64,000 nucleotides of DNA from Thermodesulfobacteriota bacterium (GCA_965208155.1 OZ242322.1:321732-385731), one strand, 5' to 3'. Positions 38,067 to 48,304 are shown, counted from the stretch's first letter. Translations and numbers: made by a program. The notes: generated from the letters alone by a model not told the origin.

Positions 38067-38960
38067 TCAGGAAGCAGAAGCCCTGTACTTCTTCCAGTAC
38101 CTTATAAGGCCGGCGGCGTTCATGTGGTAAGGAGCCATGAGATCGTACTTGCGGTAAATTTCCTCGCTTACCCCTTCGCGCTCGAATATCTCCCTGAAGC
38201 AAGCCCCGAACTCCTCGGTTATTTCCTCGTCACTCTTTCCGGCCGATACTCTCTCGCCGACCCACTCGGTCCACTCCGCGAGTTTCTCCCCGGCAGAATC
38301 AAGCACAGACCCAACATCCGTGTATCCGCCGAAATGGGTGAGATAAAGTATGTCGGGGGATATTTCTCTCATTTTCTCAATAGAAGCATTCCACTTCTCA
38401 AGGTGTATCTCGGGAGGAGGAGTCGCGGGAACCATGGGACCGCCTGCCATCATGCATCCCGCCGTATCACCTGCAAAAAGGGCATTCTCAATCAGGTAGC
38501 AGTGATGATGCCCTGCATGTCCGGCTGTCTCGACAACTCTTACTTCAACACCTCCTATGTTGATGACCTGGCCGTCTTCGATGGCAACCACGCTGCTTTG
38601 ATCCATCCCCCTTACCTCGCCCCAGAGCTCATCCATCTTGTCCCCGTATATCCTTGCGGCGGACTTCATGAGTTTCCCGGGATCAACAATGTGCGGAGCT
38701 CCCACCGGGTGAACGTATATGGTGGACCCCGCCTCGGCGAAATGCCAGGCGGCACCCGAGTGGTCAAGATGAATGTGGGTCACGAACACGTGTTTTACGT
38801 CAGAGGGCGCGTAGCCAAGGTCCGAAAGACCTCTTTTAAGATTCTCAAACGACGTGTCCGGACCGGTCTCTATCAGCATCGGTCCTTCGCCGGTCTCGAT
38901 AAGGTAAGACGCTATCGTCTCTGTCATAAAGAAATTAACGTCAATGATCTTCAAGTCCAT
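38067..38960 (-). CDS. MBL-fold metallo-hydrolase
   Basis: 297 aa; HxHxDH motif (VTHIHLDHSG) plus downstream metal-ligand His/Asp residues. Confidence 0.8.
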   Translation of the reverse strand: MDLKIIDVNFFMTETIASYLIETGEGPMLIETGPDTSFENLKRGLSDLGYAPSDVKHVFVTHIHLDHSGAAWHFAEAGSTIYVHPVGAPHIVDPGKLMKSAARIYGDKMDELWGEVRGMDQSSVVAIEDGQVINIGGVEVRVVETAGHAGHHHCYLIENALFAGDTAGCMMAGGPMVPATPPPEIHLEKWNASIEKMREISPDILYLTHFGGYTDVGSVLDSAGEKLAEWTEWVGERVSAGKSDEEITEEFGACFREIFEREGVSEEIYRKYDLMAPYHMNAAGLIRYWKKYRASAS

Positions 38961-38991
38961 TTAGTTATGTCCTCCTGCGTTTGTTCCATTT

Positions 38992-39453
38992 TCAGAATCC
39001 AAAACTTAAACCTGCGTGAAAAGTAGTATTGTCGATTGACAGCGAGTCTATTATGTCGCTGCTTCTGGCAACCCCAAGCTTAAGCCTTGCGCTCTCTCCC
39101 AAGTCAACAAAACCCGCCACGGCCAGCGCGGTATTGCCCACGCAACGGTCTCCGCCCTTTACCGGGTAAGAGGCCCCGTTTGTGTAGTGACTGACACCTA
39201 TGCCCAGCTTGACTCCCGCCACCTTGAAGCCCGCTCCCCCGGTAAACACGCTGATATTGTCAATATCCGAGTACTTTTCATCAAAAGGGGTATGCGACGC
39301 CGCTACGTCAAACGTAACTTTCTGGTGAACAAGTTCCGGCACAGCGTGAATCGCGATATTGTTATTTTCAACCGTGCTGCAATCACCCGCAGCCGCCAGC
39401 GTCGGCATAACAGCTACTAAGGCCGCTATTAAAAACAGTGTAAATCTAGTCAT
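38992..39453 (-). CDS. Secreted/outer-membrane small beta-barrel-like protein
   Basis: Probable start MTRFTLFLIAALVAVMPTLAAAG (signal peptide), alternating beta-strand pattern, C-terminal ...GLSFGF aromatic terminus typical of OMPs. Confidence 0.5.
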   Translation of the reverse strand: MTRFTLFLIAALVAVMPTLAAAGDCSTVENNNIAIHAVPELVHQKVTFDVAASHTPFDEKYSDIDNISVFTGGAGFKVAGVKLGIGVSHYTNGASYPVKGGDRCVGNTALAVAGFVDLGESARLKLGVARSSDIIDSLSIDNTTFHAGLSFGF

Positions 39454-39580
39454 TTCCCTGCCTCCTTTCAACTAGAACCAGACCCTTTGAGCCCGACGGT
39501 TCGCTGAACCACGATAATTTTTCCTCTTCAGATATTTTTGGCAATGCCGTAAAAACAATTTCCGCAGACAAAGGCATCCC

Positions 39581-40741
39581 TCACGCACCGGCTTTCACCC
39601 GTCCTGAGTCAACTAGAAACGAGTGGAATTCTCCCCGACGGGGTATCTCGTTCTTATCGGTCGAGGTAACGAACACCTGCCCGGTAAACTCCGAGAGAGT
39701 CTTGAAAAGGAAACTCCTGCGTTTTATATCAAGTTCGCTCGTTATGTCATCGAGAAGAAGTATGGGGTTAGTCCCCGTGTGTTCCTTAAAAAGCCTTATC
39801 TCGGAGGCCTTAAGGGCCAGAACCAGGTTTTTTGACTGTCCCTGCGAGGCAAAGCGCGAAGCGTCCTGCCCGTTAAGCAGGAAACCGACCCGATCCCTGT
39901 GGGGACCGACGGTCGTGTGGCCCCTTTTTCTGTCAGAAGCAAAGTTCTTGGAAAGCGCCTCCCTTATCGCCTCTGCGATATCCTCCCTGCGTTCAAAAGA
40001 AAACCCGTAGCTCACAAGCGCCGACGTGTCCGATTCCCCGTGCTCTCCGTAAACCTCGGCGAGCTTGCGGTTAAAGCTTTTTATCATCTCAACGCGCCTG
40101 CCCACGATGTCAGCTCCGATTCTGGCTATCTGCTCATCCCACAGCTCCACTGAAAGCAAAGACACTTTCTCCTTTAATCCGAACATGTGATTTCTCTGGC
40201 TTACTGCCCTGTGGTAGTCGCGAAGCTGCTTTATGTGGGCCGGGTGGATGGCGCTTACGACAGAATCAAGATAATTTCTTCTTGCCTGAGGCCCGCCCTT
40301 CACTATCTCTATGTCCGAGGGAAGGAACAAAACGACCTTGAAGCGACCGAAATGCTGGCTTATGCTCCGCACGGTCTTTGAGTTAAGTCGCGTGTGGCGA
40401 CCCTCTTTTTTCACGGTTATGTGCACTTCGTTAAGACCGTTTCCGGACAGAATCTCCCCCTTGACAAGAGAGGCTTCGCAGCCGAAGCGCACGAGCTCGG
40501 AGTTTTTCGCTCTTGAAAAAGGCCGCATCCCGCATACAAGATAGATGGCCTCAAGGAGGTTGGTCTTCCCTTGGGCGTTTCGTCCGTGGATGACGTTCAG
40601 TCCAGTATAGAACGGAAGGGAGAGGTTTTCGTAATTCCTGTAGTTCCTGAGGCTCAGATGTTTAAGCTGCACTTGACTTGCCAACTGTTTTTCTCCGGAA
40701 AAAGCCGCTTCCCCGTTTCCCGCAGGCGCTTTCTTGACCAT
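39581..40741 (-). CDS. recF: DNA replication and repair protein RecF
   Basis: RecF N-terminal and Walker A (LSLRNYRNYENLSL...GRNAQGKTNLLEAIY) and Walker B/D-loop (ILLLDDITSELD). True start probably near 40672 (VQLKHL...); the first ~23 codons of the track ORF may not be translated. Confidence 0.9.
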   Translation of the reverse strand: MVKKAPAGNGEAAFSGEKQLASQVQLKHLSLRNYRNYENLSLPFYTGLNVIHGRNAQGKTNLLEAIYLVCGMRPFSRAKNSELVRFGCEASLVKGEILSGNGLNEVHITVKKEGRHTRLNSKTVRSISQHFGRFKVVLFLPSDIEIVKGGPQARRNYLDSVVSAIHPAHIKQLRDYHRAVSQRNHMFGLKEKVSLLSVELWDEQIARIGADIVGRRVEMIKSFNRKLAEVYGEHGESDTSALVSYGFSFERREDIAEAIREALSKNFASDRKRGHTTVGPHRDRVGFLLNGQDASRFASQGQSKNLVLALKASEIRLFKEHTGTNPILLLDDITSELDIKRRSFLFKTLSEFTGQVFVTSTDKNEIPRRGEFHSFLVDSGRVKAGA

Positions 40742-40783
40742 AAAATTTTAAGCGTTAATATCTTTTTTGAAAGGTACTGACTT

Positions 40784-42883
40784 ATGATATCGCTTAAAAT
40801 ATCGGAAATCCACTCCAGGGACTCGGGCAAGGGTTACGCCAGGATAAGCCCCATGGACATGCAGGAGCTGGGCCTTACGTCCTGGGACCTGGTACAGATA
40901 GACGGAAGGAGGAAAACCGTCGCAAGAGCCCTGCCACTTGACACCGAAGAACTGGAAACGGAGTCCGTAATAGAAATAGACACCGTAACCAGAGAGAATG
41001 CGGGGGTTGAGCTTGATGACATAGTAATAGTGACGAAAGCCGACCTTGAGAAGGCAAGCAGGATAACCCTGTGTCCGAGAAACAAGGCGTTTCTCTACGA
41101 CCCGGGCAAAAGCAAGCATCTCTGCAACAGACTCGAAGGGCTCGCCGTAACGGTCGGAGACAAAGTGTCTGTGAGAGTGTCTGCCGCCAAGACCGAAGAT
41201 TTCGACGTGCTTACCACGATGCCCGAGCACTCGGTTGTCATAAGTCAGAAAACCCGCATGGACGTGATACACCGGCCGAAAACCAAGGTGGACACAGAAA
41301 GGGTCTCGTATACCGATATAGGGGGACTTTCAAGCCAGATAAAAAGGATAAAAGAGATTCTCGAACTTCCAATACGCTTCCCCTCGCTTTTTGAAAAGCT
41401 CGGGGTCAAGCCGCCCAGAGGAATACTTCTCACAGGCCCCCCGGGAAGCGGAAAAACCCTGCTTGCAAAAGCCATAGCGTTTGAAACGGATTCAAATTTC
41501 CAGGTAATAAACGGCCCCGAGGTAATTCACAGGTTCTACGGGGAGAGTGAAGCCAAGCTGCGCCAGATATTTGAGAATGCGACCAAGAACCAGCCATCCA
41601 TAATATTTCTGGATGAACTGGACGCGATAGCTCCCCGCCGAGACAAGGTTACGGGAGACGTTGAAAAAAGAGTGGTGGCCCAGCTTCTATCTCTCATGGA
41701 CGGTCTCACGCACAGAGGAAACGTTACCGTTATCGGAGCGACCAACCTTCCGGACACGATCGACCCCGCGCTTCGACGCCCGGGCAGGTTCGACAGGGAA
41801 ATCCACCTTTCGGTTCCCGACACCAAGGCCCGCCTGGAGATATTCCAGGTCCACTCAAGAAGCATGCCGCTTTCAAACGACGTGGATATTCAGAGACTCT
41901 CCGAGCTCTCAAGCGGCTACGTGGGAGCCGACATAGAGAATCTCTGCAGGGAAGCGGCCATAAATTCTCTTACAAACATTCTGCCGGACATTGAGCAGGA
42001 CTTCGTTTCCAACGCCGCGGGGAGCTTTCTTGTCGAAGTCACCATGGAAGACTTCCTTGAGGCGCTTCGAAATATCCATCCCTCCGCAATAAGGGAGATA
42101 GTGGCTGAGATTCCGAAAACCTCCTGGGATGACGTCGGAGGTCTTCGGAACGTAAAAGACGACCTGATTGAATCCGTCATATGGCCCATGAAGCACAGGA
42201 ACTTCTACGAGGCCCTGGACGTAAAGTCACCCAAGGGAATACTGCTTCACGGCCCTCCGGGAACGGGAAAAACCCTTCTCGCAAAAGCTCTTGCCAACAG
42301 AACGGAACTCAACTTCATTTCCATAAAGGGAGCGGAACTTCTCTCCAAGTATGTCGGCGAATCGGAGCGCGCCGTAAGGGAAGTTTTCAAAAAGGCAAAG
42401 CAGGTTTCTCCCTGCATAGTGTTTTTCGACGAACTTGACGCTCTTTGCCCCAGGCGCTCCCAATCCAACTCGACCCGCGTGAGCGAAAGGGTGGTAAGCC
42501 AGCTGCTTGCCGAAATTGACGGGGTTGAGGAACTTCCGGATGTTCTGGTGCTTGCCGCGACAAACAGGATTGACATGATAGAACCGGCGCTTCTGAGACC
42601 GGGAAGATTCGATCTGATAGTCGGGATTCCGACTCCGTCAAAACAGGAAATTCTCGAGATCCTGAAAATCCACACCCGGAAAAAACCTCTCGGAACCGAC
42701 GTAAGGCTCACCGCGCTTGCGGAAAAGCTTGAGGGCAGAAACGGAGCGGACGTAAAGCTCGTATGCAACAGAGCTTCTCTTCACGCGATAAAAGAACACC
42801 TGGGGAAAAACAGAAAATTCATCAAGCTCTGCAGGAGACATTTTGACCTGGCGCTTTCGGAACTGCAGAAAAGAAATGCTTAA
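40784..42883 (+). CDS. Cdc48/VAT-like double AAA+ ATPase (CDC48 subfamily)
   Basis: 699 aa; N-terminal Cdc48-N-like domain, then two AAA modules (GILLTGPPGSGKTLLAKAIA...DELDAIAP and GILLHGPPGTGKTLLAKALA...DELDALCP), each with a second region of homology. Confidence 0.85.
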   Translation: MISLKISEIHSRDSGKGYARISPMDMQELGLTSWDLVQIDGRRKTVARALPLDTEELETESVIEIDTVTRENAGVELDDIVIVTKADLEKASRITLCPRNKAFLYDPGKSKHLCNRLEGLAVTVGDKVSVRVSAAKTEDFDVLTTMPEHSVVISQKTRMDVIHRPKTKVDTERVSYTDIGGLSSQIKRIKEILELPIRFPSLFEKLGVKPPRGILLTGPPGSGKTLLAKAIAFETDSNFQVINGPEVIHRFYGESEAKLRQIFENATKNQPSIIFLDELDAIAPRRDKVTGDVEKRVVAQLLSLMDGLTHRGNVTVIGATNLPDTIDPALRRPGRFDREIHLSVPDTKARLEIFQVHSRSMPLSNDVDIQRLSELSSGYVGADIENLCREAAINSLTNILPDIEQDFVSNAAGSFLVEVTMEDFLEALRNIHPSAIREIVAEIPKTSWDDVGGLRNVKDDLIESVIWPMKHRNFYEALDVKSPKGILLHGPPGTGKTLLAKALANRTELNFISIKGAELLSKYVGESERAVREVFKKAKQVSPCIVFFDELDALCPRRSQSNSTRVSERVVSQLLAEIDGVEELPDVLVLAATNRIDMIEPALLRPGRFDLIVGIPTPSKQEILEILKIHTRKKPLGTDVRLTALAEKLEGRNGADVKLVCNRASLHAIKEHLGKNRKFIKLCRRHFDLALSELQKRNA

Positions 42884-42912
42884 CGAAAGCCGCAACTGGG
42901 ACAGGAGTCGCC

Positions 42913-43779
42913 TTGGAAAGTTCTTCTTTCTTTTTTTATAGCATCATTCCCGAAATATGGTTTTTCATTCTGGGAGCAGCACTTGGAAGCTTCGCAAACG
43001 TCTGCATAAGGAGAATTCCAGCCGGGGTCTCCATAGTCTCTCCCCGTTCCCGCTGCACAAGCTGCGAAACCCCAATCAGGGCCCGCCACAACATTCCGCT
43101 TCTGAGCTGGCTGCTCCTCGGGGGCAGGTGCGCCCACTGCGAAGAGCGGATATCGGCTGAGTATCCGCTTGTGGAACTTCTCTGCGCAGTGCTGGCGGTC
43201 TTTCTCTACAGGGAGTTCGGAATCTCACTGGAACTGCTTTTCTATCTGGCGCTCTGCACCGGGCTTGTGGTCATAACCCTGATAGACATAAGACACCTCA
43301 TTATTCCCGACATGATAACGCTTCCCGGAATAGCGGCCGGGGTTGCGCTAAACGCGATGAGAACCGACTGGGGAGTCGCGGCCGAGGCGGTTTTCTCCTC
43401 CGGCCTTGCGGGCTTTCTGCCCGCGACAGCGAGTATCGCCATTTTTAATTCAATAGGGGGAGCGCTGCTCGGGGGAGGAACCTTTTTATTAATCGCGACT
43501 GTATACAGGAATCTGAGAAAAAAAGAAGGGATGGGAATGGGCGACGTAAAGCTTGTCGCGATGCTGGGAGCTTTTTTCGGAATGTGGGGGGTGCTGGTCG
43601 TAATATTTCTGAGTTCCATCCTCGGAACCCTGATCGGACTCTCGGTTATAATACTGCGCAGGAAGGATCCGGGATACGCTATAGCTTACGGACCCTTTCT
43701 TTCCCTCTCGGCCATGCTTTACCTGCTCGGGGACGGTCTTTTTCTCCTTGCAGGAATAAATATCGGGTCGCCGGGGTAG
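42913..43779 (+). CDS. pilD: Prepilin peptidase (type IV leader peptidase/N-methyltransferase, A24 family)
   Basis: 288 aa; N-terminal tetracysteine zinc motif (CTSC...CAHC), multiple TM helices, catalytic Asp context (LIDIRHLIIPD). Confidence 0.85.
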   Translation: MESSSFFFYSIIPEIWFFILGAALGSFANVCIRRIPAGVSIVSPRSRCTSCETPIRARHNIPLLSWLLLGGRCAHCEERISAEYPLVELLCAVLAVFLYREFGISLELLFYLALCTGLVVITLIDIRHLIIPDMITLPGIAAGVALNAMRTDWGVAAEAVFSSGLAGFLPATASIAIFNSIGGALLGGGTFLLIATVYRNLRKKEGMGMGDVKLVAMLGAFFGMWGVLVVIFLSSILGTLIGLSVIILRRKDPGYAIAYGPFLSLSAMLYLLGDGLFLLAGINIGSPG

Positions 43780-43783
43780 AATC

Positions 43784-44599
43784 ATGAAAAGGATAATAAA
43801 AAATCTCTTTCTTCTGGTCGTCATAGTCATCGCGGCCAAGTTTCTGCTCACAATCTTCGGAAAAGACTTCTCGACCGCACACTCAGAAAGGGTGATTCTC
43901 GGGGACTGGACGCAGCAGGAAATAGAAACCCTCATGGAACGGGCCGCCTTAAAAGACGGTTCCGCCGCCAGAATAGAATTTCTCTCGGAGAAGTTTCTCG
44001 GAACTCCATACGCGGGAAATACCCTGGGGGGAGGAAGCGGCGAGGCGGAGCAGCTTACAGTGGACCTCTCGGGGGTTGACTGCTTTACCTATATCGACTA
44101 CGTGGAATCGCTCAGGGGTTCGGGAAACCTCGGGGAATTCAAGGAAAAGCTTGTGAGAACAAGATACAAAGACGGCGCTGTGCGGTGGGAGAACAGGAGA
44201 CATTTTTTCTCCGACTGGGTGAGCGGAGACGGTAAAAACGCCCGTGATGTAACCCGGGAAGTCGGGGGCGACGCAACGGCAACCGTGGCCAAGGAACTGA
44301 ACAGAAAAACAGACGGCTCTTCCTGGCTTCCGGGACTAGCGACAGTAAAAAGGGACGTAAGCCACGTTCCCTCTGAGGAATTAAGCCCGCTGGTTCTCCA
44401 GAAGATAAAAACGGGGGACTACATCGGGATCTACTCCGATAAAGACGGTCTTGATGTCTCTCACACGGGAATAGCCGTTAGAAAGGACGGCGTGGTTTAC
44501 CTGCGTCACGCTTCCACGGTACACGGAGAAGTGCTTGACGAGGAGCTTGCCGCCTACATGAAAAACAAGCCCGGACTCCTTGTATACAGGGTAAAATAA
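43784..44599 (+). CDS. DUF1460-family protein (amidase-like), N-terminal membrane anchor
   Basis: 271 aa; single N-terminal TM then a soluble domain with GVDCFTYIDYVESL and ...GDYIGIY...VSHTGIAV blocks reminiscent of DUF1460. Family call tentative. Confidence 0.4.
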   Translation: MKRIIKNLFLLVVIVIAAKFLLTIFGKDFSTAHSERVILGDWTQQEIETLMERAALKDGSAARIEFLSEKFLGTPYAGNTLGGGSGEAEQLTVDLSGVDCFTYIDYVESLRGSGNLGEFKEKLVRTRYKDGAVRWENRRHFFSDWVSGDGKNARDVTREVGGDATATVAKELNRKTDGSSWLPGLATVKRDVSHVPSEELSPLVLQKIKTGDYIGIYSDKDGLDVSHTGIAVRKDGVVYLRHASTVHGEVLDEELAAYMKNKPGLLVYRVK

Positions 44600-44639
44600 C
44601 CAATTATGTGTTAGAATCTGAACTGCCCCCGCACGGGGC

Positions 44640-45089
44640 ATGATCGCAACCAAAGGAGGCGGGTTAATGTCTTTAAACTTAAATGTAAAAGAACTCACGG
44701 GATGTCTTAAGGAAGTGAAAAAGGCTCAGGACTCTCTTGATAATATTCTTGACTTCGTAGACCTCATGAAAAACGTAAAGGAATCTTTTCCGGGAGATGT
44801 CGCGACCCCGGCTGAGAAAATCAAAGAGATTTCAAGTGCCGCGGCGCCCTATATAAAGGAGATAAAAACCATATTTGACGGGGAGCTCAACAAGCTTCCG
44901 ATAAACGACGAAGAGGTTGCCAGCGCCGCGAAGAAACTGGTGCTCTACCACGGGGATCACATGCAGGTTCTCATCTGGGCCGAGCAGCAGAAGACAAACC
45001 ACGAACCGGATTCCTACTGGTGGAAATACTGGGAAGGTATAACGGGAAACGTAAAAAAGGACATAGCGGAGCATCAAAAACAGATCTAG
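44640..45089 (+). CDS. Hypothetical protein
   Basis: 149-aa ORF with reasonable codon usage, between the DUF1460 gene and obg; no family recognised. Confidence 0.35.
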   Translation: MIATKGGGLMSLNLNVKELTGCLKEVKKAQDSLDNILDFVDLMKNVKESFPGDVATPAEKIKEISSAAAPYIKEIKTIFDGELNKLPINDEEVASAAKKLVLYHGDHMQVLIWAEQQKTNHEPDSYWWKYWEGITGNVKKDIAEHQKQI

Positions 45090-45180
45090 GGCTTTGTCCC
45101 GGAGGGGGTCGTCCGAAAAACCCCATACCATCCGCAAGACCGAAGCCCCGGCGAGATGATTCTCACCCGCCCAAACCAAA

Positions 45181-46218
45181 ATGCAGTTTATAGACGAGGC
45201 GAAAATAACCGTTATATCAGGTAACGGCGGCGACGGATGCATCAGCTTCAGAAGAGAGAAGTTCGTCCCCAAGGGAGGCCCAAACGGCGGCGACGGCGGC
45301 AAAGGGGGAGACGTTGTGGTAATCACGGACGCGAACATGTCCTCCCTTCTTGACTACAGGTACAAAAAAGAATACAGAGCCCAAAACGGGCAGCCCGGAA
45401 AGGGTAAGGACCAGCATGGAAAATCGGGTTCCGACCTAATTATTCCCGTTCCCCCAGGAACCGTGATAACTTCCTTTGAAGATGGGGAGACGCTTGCTGA
45501 CCTAGTCGAGGACGGCGAGAGCTTTACCGTAGCCAAGGGAGGAGGCGGAGGCAGGGGAAACTCAAGGTTCGTATCGCCGACTAACCGGGCGCCGAGACAA
45601 GTGGAGAGCGGGTGGCCGGGAGTCAGAAGAGAAATAAAACTCGAGCTCAAAGTGCTTGCCGACGTCGGCATCCTCGGGTTTCCAAACGCGGGGAAATCAA
45701 CCCTGATATCGAAAATCTCGGCCGCAAGACCCAAAATCTCAGGCTATCCTTTCACCACTCTCGTTCCCAATCTCGGGGTAGTAGGCTATGGAGACCACCA
45801 GTCTTTCGTAATCGCGGACATCCCCGGGATCATCGAGGGAGCACACAAGGGACTTGGGCTGGGCATTCAGTTTCTAAAACACGTGGAGAGAACCCGTCTT
45901 CTGGTTCACATGCTTGATCTTGACCCGATTTCGGGGAGGGATCCCGTAGAAGATTTTGACAAGATCAACTCGGAGCTAAGGGAGTACTCAACGAAGCTCG
46001 CCGAAAAGCCCCAGCTGGTCGTTCTCAATAAAATCGATATTGCCGAAGCCAGGGACAGAGACGAAGAGACAGCAAAACGGCTTAAGCAAAGGGATATCGA
46101 GACTTTCAGCATATCTGCGGTTACGGGAGAAGGTTCCCGCCAGCTGGTCTACTTAATCGGGGAGAAGCTCAGACTCCTTACTGAAGACTCTCGTAATCAA
46201 TCTCCTTGCGAGGAATAG
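45181..46218 (+). CDS. obg: GTPase Obg/CgtA
   Basis: 345 aa; glycine-rich Obg fold (GGDGG...GGKGGDV) followed by a G-domain (GFPNAGKSTL, DIPGIIEGA, NKID). Confidence 0.95.
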   Translation: MQFIDEAKITVISGNGGDGCISFRREKFVPKGGPNGGDGGKGGDVVVITDANMSSLLDYRYKKEYRAQNGQPGKGKDQHGKSGSDLIIPVPPGTVITSFEDGETLADLVEDGESFTVAKGGGGGRGNSRFVSPTNRAPRQVESGWPGVRREIKLELKVLADVGILGFPNAGKSTLISKISAARPKISGYPFTTLVPNLGVVGYGDHQSFVIADIPGIIEGAHKGLGLGIQFLKHVERTRLLVHMLDLDPISGRDPVEDFDKINSELREYSTKLAEKPQLVVLNKIDIAEARDRDEETAKRLKQRDIETFSISAVTGEGSRQLVYLIGEKLRLLTEDSRNQSPCEE

Positions 46219-46600
46219 GCATCAGGGAAGCGTGGTGAAGCGCCACTTTCCACTCTCCATCAGCAAGCTCGAATATGTTGGTCGCCTGGGCCAGCACCAC
46301 AACCCTGCGATCGTCTATTGAGTAAGTAGCCCTCTCGACGCAGTTAAGCCAGGCCGAATTTTCCTTCACATCAACAAAGAAATTCGAAATATCAACACGG
46401 TCAAATCCACCCGTCTCGAAAATAGTCTTCCAGCTCTCCCTGATTGCTTCCCATCCGAGAATTATCGGCCAGCCGGCGTGAACGCATTTTGCCCTGCGAT
46501 CGGTAAACCAGACCTGCTCTATGAGTTCAATATCGTAGCGATTACGGGCGTCGTAGAATTTCCTGTTCGCTTTTATTATTTCGTCTTTTTCATTACTCAT
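46178..46600 (-). CDS. SnoaL-like/NTF2-fold (DUF4440-like) protein
   Basis: 140 aa; pattern typical of nuclear-transport-factor-2-like small proteins (ANRKFYDA..., conserved W/H positions). Confidence 0.5.
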   Translation of the reverse strand: MSNEKDEIIKANRKFYDARNRYDIELIEQVWFTDRRAKCVHAGWPIILGWEAIRESWKTIFETGGFDRVDISNFFVDVKENSAWLNCVERATYSIDDRRVVVLAQATNIFELADGEWKVALHHASLMPIPRKEIDYESLQ

Positions 46601-46612
46601 GAGAAATAAACC

Positions 46613-47749
46613 TCAGTTTCGCGGGGAACCAACAGCATGGTGAATCTCTTCCAGCACTTCCCCGTCAGTCTCGGTCTCAAGCAGCCTCTCAAGCTCACCC
46701 CGGCAATCCTCTCCCCCCAGCCTCCAGAGCGCCCAGACCGCGTGAGCTCTCACAATCGGCTCATCATCTCCCAGAAGGCTCCTTGCGTATTTTATATACT
46801 CCTTATTTCCCGAATTTCCAACAGCCACGAGCACATTTCTCATGAAACCCCTGCGTTTGGCCCTCTTGACCGGACTCTTTCTGAAAACATCCCGGAAACC
46901 GTCCCCGTCAAGCTCGAGAAGCCATTTGAAATCGGGACTGAGCAGTTTCTGGCGCGGCCTGAAGCTTTCCTTGAGAGTAAAAAGGGCATCGCGGTTCCAC
47001 GGACACACATCCTGACACACGTCGCATCCAAAAACATTGTTTTCCACCCCTTCCCTCAGTTCAAGCGGTATTTTCCCTTTAAGTTCTATCGTGAGGTAGG
47101 AAATGCATTTCCTGGCGTCAAGCACGTAAGGTTCCACTATGGCATCGGTGGGGCAGGCGTCTATGCACCTGGTGCAGGTACCGCAGCGGTCCTCGGCCGC
47201 CGAGTCGTAGTCAAGCTCGATATCGGTTATCACCTCTCCAAGAAAAAGCCAGGAACCGATCCTCTGGTTTATAAGACAGGTGTTTTTACCCACCCACCCT
47301 ATTCCCGAGCGGCTCGCGTGCACTTTCTCAAGAACCGGCCCCGTATCCACGTAAGCCCTGACGCCGGTTTCTTCGGAAAAAAGACCCGTTATGTAGTCGG
47401 CCATCCTGCCGAGCATTTCTCCCATTACGTCGTGGTAGTCATCTCCCCAGGCGTACCTCGATATCCAGCCGCCGCCCGAAGTTTCCGTCGAGCGTGGATT
47501 CTCCGTATTGTAGTTAACGGCGCAGGAAACAACCGACCGGGCGCCGGGCAGAACCCTTTCCACTTCCTTTCTCTTAAGAAGCCCCCTCTCAAGATAGTTC
47601 ATCTCCCCCGCATAACCTCGATCGAGCCACCGCTCAAACAGATCCGCTTCCCCGTAATGACTCTCGGCCGGGCTTATCCCTACAAGATCAAACCCAAGAG
47701 CAAGCCCCTGATTCCTTATAAGCATCGAGAGTCGCGTAGTTTCTTTCAT
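46613..47749 (-). CDS. queG: Epoxyqueuosine reductase QueG
   Basis: 378 aa; QueG N-terminal domain, two 4Fe-4S ferredoxin motifs (CGTCTRCIDACP; CDVCQDVCPWN), C-terminal HEAT-like repeats. Confidence 0.9.
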   Translation of the reverse strand: MKETTRLSMLIRNQGLALGFDLVGISPAESHYGEADLFERWLDRGYAGEMNYLERGLLKRKEVERVLPGARSVVSCAVNYNTENPRSTETSGGGWISRYAWGDDYHDVMGEMLGRMADYITGLFSEETGVRAYVDTGPVLEKVHASRSGIGWVGKNTCLINQRIGSWLFLGEVITDIELDYDSAAEDRCGTCTRCIDACPTDAIVEPYVLDARKCISYLTIELKGKIPLELREGVENNVFGCDVCQDVCPWNRDALFTLKESFRPRQKLLSPDFKWLLELDGDGFRDVFRKSPVKRAKRRGFMRNVLVAVGNSGNKEYIKYARSLLGDDEPIVRAHAVWALWRLGGEDCRGELERLLETETDGEVLEEIHHAVGSPRN

Positions 47750-47755
47750 AAAAGC

Positions 47756-48259
47756 TTATTCCCAGTCTCCCCTTTTTGAATTAACGATCAGGTTTCCAAG
47801 CTCCGTAAAAACCGCTTCTCCATCGAAGTTCGACACGTAGTCAGAAACCGTCTTTAAGTCAAGGGGAGCGGAGGCGGGCGCTACGGAAAAAACCCCGGAG
47901 AGAAAAAAATCAATGTCGGCAAGCTCGGAGCCAAGAAGTACGCAGTCCTCCTCCCCCACCCTGTCCAGAACATAGGCGCGGTCAGCAGTCATGCGGTGGC
48001 CGCTCTCTTCGATCAGTTCCCCGAACCCGCTTGTCGAGGCGAAGTCTCCGCCCCCGGAACCGTAAAAGACAACCCTGGCTCCAAGAGAACCAAGCTCTTT
48101 AAGAAGTTCCGGCGAAGACAGGTTCTCAGGAATCCCGAGGTCGCCGCTTGACACAGAATCAAACACACCGACGTTTACCAGGAGGCAAGTGGCCCCTCGG
48201 AACCTCTTTTCCATGTCACTTCTTACCCTTGTCAGAACATCTGTGCGGCGTTTTCGCAA
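47756..48259 (-). CDS. Hypothetical protein
   Basis: 167-aa ORF tightly packed downstream of queG; no recognisable family. Confidence 0.35.
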   Translation of the reverse strand: MRKRRTDVLTRVRSDMEKRFRGATCLLVNVGVFDSVSSGDLGIPENLSSPELLKELGSLGARVVFYGSGGGDFASTSGFGELIEESGHRMTADRAYVLDRVGEEDCVLLGSELADIDFFLSGVFSVAPASAPLDLKTVSDYVSNFDGEAVFTELGNLIVNSKRGDWE

Positions 48260-48304
48260 TTTACCCTAACTCCCGGAACTGCCTTAAGTATAATTGTCAC
48301 GATA

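Noticed and set aside
40748-41272. 174-aa minus-strand ORF at the 5' end of the Cdc48-like gene.
   Set aside because: It is antisense to the well-conserved Cdc48-N domain coding region and has no start context; spurious.
46637-47779. 380-aa plus-strand ORF covering all of queG on the opposite strand.
   Set aside because: The minus-strand product has unmistakable QueG ferredoxin motifs and domain order. The antisense ORF is Pro/Arg/Gly-rich with no recognisable domain, a common artefact opposite GC-biased genes.
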